The notes under the pieces are model-generated. The model did not search any database. It was not told where the DNA came from and worked only from the letters and a program-made list of their open reading frames with translations. Positions 57,756-64,000 of a stretch of DNA of 64,000 bases are shown here, one piece after another (the first letter of the stretch is position 1; the number at the start of each line of letters is the position of its first letter). The position numbers and the translations under genes were made by a program. Location of the stretch: contig CP046106.1 of the NCBI GenBank assembly GCA_013343275.1, positions 480,001 to 544,000 on the forward strand. The letters are read 5' to 3'. This DNA is from Candidatus Nanohaloarchaea archaeon. GTDB lineage: Archaea; Nanohalarchaeota; Nanosalinia; Nanosalinales; Nanosalinaceae.

Positions 57756-58940
57756 ATGAACCCGGAGAAAATCAGGAAGGACTTCCCAATTTTCCAGGAA
57801 AGATCTGAACTCAGCTATCTTGACAATGCTGCAACCACGCAGAAACCAGAGGTAGTGACGCAGACGGTAAAGAATTTCTACGAGAAGAAGAACGCCAATG
57901 TTGGGCGAGGACTCTACGATCTCTCCCATGAGGCAACTGAGGCATACAGAGAGGCCCGTATAAAGGTCGCGGACTTCATAAATGCGTCAACGCCTGACGA
58001 AATAGTTTTCGTACGGAACACAACTGAGGCCTACAACCTTGTAGCCGAATCACTCGACTTCATGGGAGACATAGTTGTGGGAGAGATGGCACACCACAGC
58101 GAGCAGCTGCCTCTGAGAAAGAACGCGAACAGACACGGTAAAGAGGTGAAATACATAGAAACAGAAAACGGAAAGCTAAGTGTGGAATCCGCAGAGAAGC
58201 TTATAGACCATGAGACAGGCCTTGTATCTATATCTCACATGTCGAACGTGTTCGGAGCAGAGAACCCGGTAGATGAGATAATCGAGATCGCCAAGGCCCA
58301 CAATGCTATCGTTCTCCTGGACGGCGCCCAGTCAGTACCAAGAATGCCTGTAGACGTAAAGGAGCTGGACGTAGATCTCATGGCTTTCTCAGGACATAAA
58401 ATGCTTGGCCCAACCGGTATCGGCGTACTGTACGGTAAGAAACATGTGCTTGAAAGCATGGAGCCATACCAGGTAGGGGGAGGAATGATCAAGTCAGTAA
58501 GCAAGGAGTCCGCAAGCTGGGAGGACCCTCCAGAAAAATTCGAGGCTGGAACCCCGAACGTGGCAGGCGCAGTAGGCCTCGGTGCTGCGGTAGACTACCT
58601 CAATCAGCTGGACATGGAAGAGGTAAAGCAGCATGACATCGAATTAACCAGTAAAATGATTGAAGGCCTGGAAGAGATTGAAGGTATCGAGGTTCTTTCT
58701 CCTGAAGGATCAAGCCTGGTATCTTTCACAGCTGACTGGGCGCATCCGCATGACGTCGCAGAGGTTTTGAACCAGCATGAAGTCGCTGTGAGGGCCGGCC
58801 ACCACTGCGCACAGCCGCAGATGGAGGAACTTGACATCAATGGCAGTACCCGGGCATCACCATACATCTACAATACGGAAGAAGACGTGGAAAAATTCCT
58901 GGAAGGCGTTAAAGAAGCTAGAGAGGTCTTCAAGAGGTAG
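57756..58940 (+). CDS. sufS: Cysteine desulfurase SufS
   Basis: YLDNAATTQKP, FSGHKMLGPTG and RAGHHCAQP motifs. Confidence 0.95.
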   Translation: MNPEKIRKDFPIFQERSELSYLDNAATTQKPEVVTQTVKNFYEKKNANVGRGLYDLSHEATEAYREARIKVADFINASTPDEIVFVRNTTEAYNLVAESLDFMGDIVVGEMAHHSEQLPLRKNANRHGKEVKYIETENGKLSVESAEKLIDHETGLVSISHMSNVFGAENPVDEIIEIAKAHNAIVLLDGAQSVPRMPVDVKELDVDLMAFSGHKMLGPTGIGVLYGKKHVLESMEPYQVGGGMIKSVSKESASWEDPPEKFEAGTPNVAGAVGLGAAVDYLNQLDMEEVKQHDIELTSKMIEGLEEIEGIEVLSPEGSSLVSFTADWAHPHDVAEVLNQHEVAVRAGHHCAQPQMEELDINGSTRASPYIYNTEEDVEKFLEGVKEAREVFKR

Positions 58941-58947
58941 CCAGATA

Positions 58948-59298
58948 ATGTACAGAGAAGAAATCTTAGACCACTACAAGAGGCCGCGTAACGAAGGCTC
59001 TCTGGAGACAGAGTACGAGGCCGAAGGAGATAATTCCAGCTGCGGCGATCATACCCATGTCTACCTGGATGTAGAGTACGGAGAAGTCAAGGATATGAAG
59101 CATGAGACCGATGGCTGCGCGATCTGTACTTCCGCCACCTCAATTCTATCCGAGGAAATAAGCGGGATGAGCATTGAAGAAGTCGAACAGCTTGACAGAG
59201 ACTGGATGATTGATACTCTCGATATAGAGGTATCTCCTATGAGAGTAAAATGCGCAATGCTGGGCCTGAAAACAGCTCAGAAAGCGCTTGAAAAGTAA
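58948..59298 (+). CDS. sufU: SufU/IscU-like scaffold protein
   Basis: MYREEILDHY..NSSCGD..GCAIC..RVKCA. Confidence 0.9.
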   Translation: MYREEILDHYKRPRNEGSLETEYEAEGDNSSCGDHTHVYLDVEYGEVKDMKHETDGCAICTSATSILSEEISGMSIEEVEQLDRDWMIDTLDIEVSPMRVKCAMLGLKTAQKALEK

Positions 59299-59301
59299 AA
59301 A

Positions 59302-59592
59302 TTATTTCTCTACGGCCAGCACGTATCTCTCGCCGCCGTCAACAACACTACTACTGCGGGCCTTCAGCTCCCGACCCAGATCATGGAACTCATCGGCAAT
59401 ATCATCTTCTGCTTCCAGCTCAAGATATACGAAGTCTTCATCCTCAAATATTCTGTCCTGCAGATCGTAGTCACTCCACATACTATCGTACTCTATGGCT
59501 TCTTCAACAATTTTCTCTTTACTACCTGCTTCTTCAGCGTATTCGTTTGTAAGCACAAAATTTCTCCTCGAGAAATATGTGATGGCAGGCAA
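59302..59592 (-). CDS. Hypothetical acidic protein
   Basis: 96 aa acidic ORF with TTG start, opposite strand within the suf genes. Confidence 0.5.
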   Translation of the reverse strand: MPAITYFSRRNFVLTNEYAEEAGSKEKIVEEAIEYDSMWSDYDLQDRIFEDEDFVYLELEAEDDIADEFHDLGRELKARSSSVVDGGERYVLAVEK

Positions 59593-59656
59593 ATTACTTA
59601 TATGGATAGGCTGGAGGAGGATCGGCCTTAAGAAATTTTAGGCCTACCTAATCTGT

Positions 59657-60412
59657 ATGAGTCTAGAAGTCAAAAATTTGGAAGTATCTGTAGAGGAAGA
59701 AGAAATTGTCAGAGGAGTATCCCTGGAGATAGAGCCAGGAGAAATCCACGCGATCATGGGGCCTAACGGCTCAGGAAAGTCTACTCTATGTAAATCCCTG
59801 ATGGGTAACCCTACATACTCCATTGATGGAGGAGAAATCCTGGTTGATGGAGAAGATGTAACCGATGAGGAAACAGATGAGAGAGCACGTGAAGGCCTTT
59901 TCCTCGGATTCCAGTACCCGGCAGAGATATCAGGTATCTCCGTCGCAGAGTTCCTGAAAGAAGCAATCGACGCCCGCAGAGAGGAAGAAGGTAAAGACGC
60001 AATGCCTCAGAGCGAGTTCAATGAGCTTCTCCGTGAAAAGCTGGATCTCCTGGACATGGACGAAGAGTATGCTCGCCGATACCTGAACGAAGGATTTTCC
60101 GGTGGGGAGAAGAAGCGGAATGAGATCCTGCAGATGGCAGTGCTCGAGCCGAAGTACGCAATCCTTGACGAGATCGATTCAGGCCTCGATATCGACGCGC
60201 TGAAGGTAGTTGCGAAAGGTATCAACAAGCTAGCGGATGAGGACCAGGGCATCCTGATGATCACACACTACCAGAGAATCCTTGACTACGTCGAACCCGA
60301 CAGAGTTCACGTCATGGTCGACGGAAAAATAGTCGAATCAGGCGGAGCAGAACTAGCCGAGAAACTTGAAGAAGAGGGCTACGACTGGGCTAAAGAGCAA
60401 ATGGAAGAATAG
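59657..60412 (+). CDS. sufC: Fe-S cluster assembly ATPase SufC
   Basis: GPNGSGKST, FQYP, FSGGEKKRNE and THYQRIL motifs. Confidence 0.96.
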   Translation: MSLEVKNLEVSVEEEEIVRGVSLEIEPGEIHAIMGPNGSGKSTLCKSLMGNPTYSIDGGEILVDGEDVTDEETDERAREGLFLGFQYPAEISGISVAEFLKEAIDARREEEGKDAMPQSEFNELLREKLDLLDMDEEYARRYLNEGFSGGEKKRNEILQMAVLEPKYAILDEIDSGLDIDALKVVAKGINKLADEDQGILMITHYQRILDYVEPDRVHVMVDGKIVESGGAELAEKLEEEGYDWAKEQMEE

Positions 60413-60414
60413 TT

Positions 60415-61065
60415 CTATTTCTTCCTCATTTTCAGGAAAAGATGATCTTTCTCGTAAGGTTCAAGCCTTACTTCATCTAAAACATCAAAACTCTCCTTCA
60501 ATTTCTCTCTAGCCTCTTCAAAGACCTCTTCCGGATCTCTGGATGAGGAAATTGACTGAGCCTTTATAGCGATAAGGCCTACTCCATTTTCTTTGAGGAA
60601 TTTCTCTGCGTTCTTGTTGAAGATTTCAGGTTGATCTCTCTGAGAGATATCCTGGAATACAACATCTACTTCCGGCACCAAATCTTCGTAGTCCTCAGGC
60701 TTCCTTGCGTCTGCTATTATTGGTGCAATATTCTCACGGCTATCTGCTACCTTAACCAGATCTCTACCAACGGTTTCTGAGTACTCAACTGCAAAGACGA
60801 AGCCTTCCTCCAGAATATCGGAGAAATGTGATACAGTAGTTCCCGAAGCGGCACCAAGATAGAGTACATCATCACTCTGAGATAGGTCTAGGTCTATACC
60901 ATTCTTTACTGCTGCTGCAACTTTTGACCTGTTTGCATGCCAGGCCCTGTACTCTACACCATCAATCTCCTGCAGAGACTCTCCATAGACTTTCTCACCA
61001 GGAACCTGATTCTTAGTATACAGATTATCGTTTTGTGAGAAGATTCCAGGCTGTATTTCCTCCAT
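60415..61065 (-). CDS. flpA: Fibrillarin 2'-O-methyltransferase
   Basis: VYGE..YRAW..RSK, VLYLGAASGTTVSH and LEPYEKDH motifs. Confidence 0.95.
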   Translation of the reverse strand: MEEIQPGIFSQNDNLYTKNQVPGEKVYGESLQEIDGVEYRAWHANRSKVAAAVKNGIDLDLSQSDDVLYLGAASGTTVSHFSDILEEGFVFAVEYSETVGRDLVKVADSRENIAPIIADARKPEDYEDLVPEVDVVFQDISQRDQPEIFNKNAEKFLKENGVGLIAIKAQSISSSRDPEEVFEEAREKLKESFDVLDEVRLEPYEKDHLFLKMRKK

Positions 61066-61067
61066 AT

Positions 61068-61838
61068 CTACTCGGCCTCTTTCAGTTCTTCATACTTTTC
61101 GCGGGCCTTCTCCCTGTACTCCGATCCTTTCTCTTTGTCGCTGTACTGGTCGACTCGTGCAGCCATAGCTGCTTTGTTAGCCAGGAAACGGGCCATCTTC
61201 CCGCGTTTATCTTCTGGCAAAGTGTTGACGTATTCGTGCTCGAAGATTATTCCATGCTTCGGCGGAGTTCCCTCTCCTCTCAGATACCGGAACAATGCCT
61301 TCTCGGCGCCGAGCATCTGGATTGTGGAAGCAGGTTTCTTCGCCAGTTCTTCAAGGCCTCCCGCCAGCGACATCAGCCTTGCAGCCAGAAGAGGGCCTAG
61401 AAGAGTGGAAATATTGGACGCGTTCTGCTTCATGGCCTCTTCGACGTAGTCCTCCAGCTCGTCCATCGTTTCCTGCTTGTTCTTCAGCATTTCGAACGAT
61501 TTCTCCAGCATCTCCAGGTCTTCCTCCTGCAAGGCCTTTCCTGTAGATTCCTCTGCCAGAGATTCGAATCCCTTGACCTCTTCTCTCTTCAGGCCTCCTT
61601 TCGACAGTATCTTCAGGATATGTTCGTCTTCAGAAAGCTCGTTCATCAATTCGGGAAAGTAAATCGAGTACCAGTCCTTGAATCTCTCGAACTCGTCCTG
61701 AAAGCTTCCATTGGCTTCATCCAGCATTTTTACGGCCTTGATAACTAGCTGGTCTTTATCTGCTTCCTCCCGCAGCTGCGACTTCGCTCTCTCCAGAGCC
61801 TTTTCTCTCTTATCGTTTTTATCTGTCAACCTGGTCAC
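61068..61838 (-). CDS. nop5: C/D RNP protein Nop5 (short form)
   Basis: WYSIYFPEL and PASTIQMLGAEKALF..PKHGIIF..RGKMARFLA. Confidence 0.93.
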   Translation of the reverse strand: MTRLTDKNDKREKALERAKSQLREEADKDQLVIKAVKMLDEANGSFQDEFERFKDWYSIYFPELMNELSEDEHILKILSKGGLKREEVKGFESLAEESTGKALQEEDLEMLEKSFEMLKNKQETMDELEDYVEEAMKQNASNISTLLGPLLAARLMSLAGGLEELAKKPASTIQMLGAEKALFRYLRGEGTPPKHGIIFEHEYVNTLPEDKRGKMARFLANKAAMAARVDQYSDKEKGSEYREKAREKYEELKEAE

Positions 61839-62226
61839 CTAGGCCCATTATTCTGAGCTGCATTTCAACTGCTCGCGGACTTCTATCCAGTTCCTCGGCT
61901 ATCTCGTCAACTGTTTTAGCCTGGTAATTCTGTAGAATGAATTTTTCCTCGGTACTGGAGAAGCTGCCATGGTCTTCTCTCTGGAAATCTTTCTCTCCTT
62001 TCAGAAACTCCTCCATTTCCTCGTTATCCATACTTGTACGGTTCTGAGCCAGGAACTCCAGCTCTTCACTGCTCCAGTTAGTATTTTTGGAGTTGGCCTC
62101 CGACTCAAGTTTTTCATCGAACTCATTCGACTTATCCAGTTCGAAGCCTTCAGAGCCTCCGAACTCTTCCTTAAGCATATCGCGAGTTGAATCAACCAGT
62201 TGATCCTCAAAGTTTTCCTCTTCCAT
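61819..62226 (-). CDS. Hypothetical protein with two Myb/SANT-like repeats
   Basis: WSSEELEFLAQN.. and FSSTEEKFILQNY..EIAEELDRSPRAV. Confidence 0.6.
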   Translation of the reverse strand: MEEENFEDQLVDSTRDMLKEEFGGSEGFELDKSNEFDEKLESEANSKNTNWSSEELEFLAQNRTSMDNEEMEEFLKGEKDFQREDHGSFSSTEEKFILQNYQAKTVDEIAEELDRSPRAVEMQLRIMGLGDQVDR

Positions 62227-62336
62227 AACAAGGTACTGTCCTCTAAAGTTTGAAAACCTTACCGCAAGGCCAACCTCACAAAACATCGAGGTATTTAAGA
62301 AAATAACCGAATAAACCTAGCATACAGTTCCAACGT

Positions 62337-62408
62337 GCGGTGTTGGTCCAGTGGCTAAGACCCCGGCCTTCCAAGCCGGTGACCCGGGTTCAAATCCCGG
62401 ACGCCGCA
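62337..62408 (+). tRNA. tRNA-Gly(TCC)
   Basis: GCGGTGT..ACGCCGC-A acceptor stem, CCGGC-CT-TCC-AA-GCCGG anticodon arm, GGTTCAAATCC T-loop. Confidence 0.95.
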
Positions 62409-62606
62409 AATTTCTCTGGAATTTGCTTGATTAAGAAAATCTCCTGATTTTCGGACGCCGCAAAACTTCTGAAAGTTTTATCATCATAAGCCATGCACTG
62501 CATGGCTTCCGGATTTAGCAGAAGATTTCTAATCTTCGGCACCGCATCCAGAAACATTTCCTTTGCTACTCTAACTTTCGATAGGAAGTTCATGTAGGTT
62601 CCAGAG
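62398..62606 (+). repeat. Repeated tRNA-Gly 3' ends separated by hairpin units
   Basis: CGGACGCCGCAAA at 62398 and 62452, CGGCACCGCA at 62537; at least five inverted repeats in between. Confidence 0.85.
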
Positions 62607-62642
62607 TTTATTCTTAAAACTGAGCGGTCAAAATCTAGGTGT

Positions 62643-63542
62643 ATGAAGGATCAGAACCCTCTAGATGAGGACTGGGATTACCTGATTATCCTGGACGCAT
62701 GCAGATACGACTTCTTCGAGCAAGTTTACAGCGACTACCTGAAAGGAAAACTTGAGAAAAGAAAGAGCGTGGCCTCTTCAACACCTGAGTGGGCAGCAAA
62801 AACATTTACAGGCCAGCACGATTTAACGTATTTCTCCTCCAATCCTTTCATCAATGGAGCAGGCCTTCCACTGAACGATATCGAATGGGGTTCAAGCTGC
62901 GGCTACGAGTGGAACGGAGAAGAGCACATAACAGATATCGTGGACGTATGGCACGAGGCCTGGGATGACGAGCTAGGTACGGTTACTCCTGAAGGCATGA
63001 ACGAAGTTGTGCTCGATAATCTTGATAGAACAGAAGATACTGAACGAACTATTATCCACTATATGCAGCCCCACGCACCTTATATCACGAAAGGTAGAGG
63101 CCGTAAAGTGGAGAAGATCAGGAAAAGCTTCAAGGAGGCTAAAGAGGCCGGTGAAGAAAATGATAACGAAGAAAGCGGCGTCCTCTCTACTGTAGGAGAT
63201 GTTGTAAGGCCTAAGTTCGAGGATATAGTTGAGGACAGCACTCTGGCGATGAAACTGGGCATGTGGGTCGAGCTTGACCCTTCAAGCCTTCTATCCGTAG
63301 GCCGTAACGGTACACGGGAAACACTGGAGGAGTACTACGAGGAGAACCTGCGGCTGGCTATGGAGCAGGTCGTAGAGCTGGTTCAGGAGCTCGACGGCAA
63401 AGTGGTTGTCACCTCTGATCATGGAGAGGCCTTTGGCGAGCAGGGGGTCTGGGAGCACCATATCGAGACACATATCCCTGCATTGATCGAGGTTCCGTGG
63501 CTGGAAGTTGAAGGAGTTAAAGAGGATCATCCAGAGCAATGA
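62643..63542 (+). CDS. Alkaline phosphatase/sulfatase superfamily protein
   Basis: IILDACRYD, HYMQPHAPY and TSDHGEAFGE.G.WEH motifs. Confidence 0.82.
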   Translation: MKDQNPLDEDWDYLIILDACRYDFFEQVYSDYLKGKLEKRKSVASSTPEWAAKTFTGQHDLTYFSSNPFINGAGLPLNDIEWGSSCGYEWNGEEHITDIVDVWHEAWDDELGTVTPEGMNEVVLDNLDRTEDTERTIIHYMQPHAPYITKGRGRKVEKIRKSFKEAKEAGEENDNEESGVLSTVGDVVRPKFEDIVEDSTLAMKLGMWVELDPSSLLSVGRNGTRETLEEYYEENLRLAMEQVVELVQELDGKVVVTSDHGEAFGEQGVWEHHIETHIPALIEVPWLEVEGVKEDHPEQ

Positions 63543-64000
63543 TTACTGTTCCTGAGGCCGATTACTGTCCTGTCTGCGGCACCGAGCTCGGCGATAAAGA
63601 AGTTGAAGGCCGCAAAAGGCTTTTCTGCAGCAGCTGCGATCAGGTAATCTGGAGAAATCCGAAGCCGGCGGCAGGTGTACTTCTGCAGAAAGATTCCGGT
63701 GAGATACTGTTGGTTAAGCGAGGTAACTGGCCTAACATCGGCACATGGAGCATTCCTGCAGGATTTATTGAGCAGGATGAACGGCCTGTGAAGGCTGCTG
63801 CGCGCGAGCTCGGGGAGGAGACTTCGCTGGAAGTTGATACAGATGACCTGGAGCTTGTCGGCGACTTGATGGTTCAGCATCCTGACGGCAAGTATGTGAT
63901 CGTCATAACCTTTTCCACCGATATCTCCAGCATTAAGGGAGAGCTTTCTGCAGGAGATGATGCACAGGAGGCCCGTTTCTGGAATCTGGAGGATATCCAA
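63539..64000 (+). CDS. Nudix hydrolase with N-terminal zinc ribbon (runs off the window)
   Basis: Hand translation YCPVCG..FCSSCD..WRNPKP, then Nudix box GFIEQDERPVKAAARELGEETSL; start overlaps the upstream stop. Confidence 0.9.
   Translation, partial: MITVPEADYCPVCGTELGDKEVEGRKRLFCSSCDQVIWRNPKPAAGVLLQKDSGEILLVKRGNWPNIGTWSIPAGFIEQDERPVKAAARELGEETSLEVDTDDLELVGDLMVQHPDGKYVIVITFSTDISSIKGELSAGDDAQEARFWNLEDIQ

Noticed and set aside
62390-62593. 67 aa minus-strand ORF behind tRNA-Gly
   Set aside because: It overlaps the tRNA and the hairpin array and shows no protein-like features.
63527-64000. 157 aa minus-strand ORF in the track
   Set aside because: Shadow of the plus-strand Nudix gene, which has clear motifs.

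Overview
A gene-dense 64 kb segment from a halophilic DPANN archaeon, most likely Nanohaloarchaeota. This is inferred from the very acidic proteins, the fused PriS-PriL primase, GatDE plus GluRS, and the short intergenic spacers. From left to right it holds: a type IV pilin/ATPase cluster, thermosome, gatDE, RNase J, a photolyase-family gene, gltX, tRNA-Met (with intron) and tRNA-Val, an ABC-2 exporter, XPB, the conserved RpoL-TFS-PCNA-primase-GINS-L44e-S27e-aIF2a-Nop10-PAC2 cluster, rpoK-eno-rps2, L7Ae-S28e-L24e-(GH1)-aIF5B, Nre, XPD, a SUF cluster split by an efflux/regulator block, fibrillarin/Nop5, tRNA-Gly and a Nudix gene. The most unusual signal is non-coding: a family of ~55-63 nt double-hairpin units with the core TGC-TT-N4-5-A-GAARAT(C/T)-TC(C)T-(G/A)ATYTTC-GG. 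They sit at the ends of essential genes (PCNA 3' end, tRNA-Gly 3' end, rps27e 5' end), each flanked by recoded but functionally equivalent copies of that gene end. Also notable are a tRNA-Met intron that looks like a C/D guide for its own C34, strong over-representation of the palindrome AGGCCT, and a weakly acidic GH1 gene in the usual ndk position. All calls are by eye; no database searches were run.
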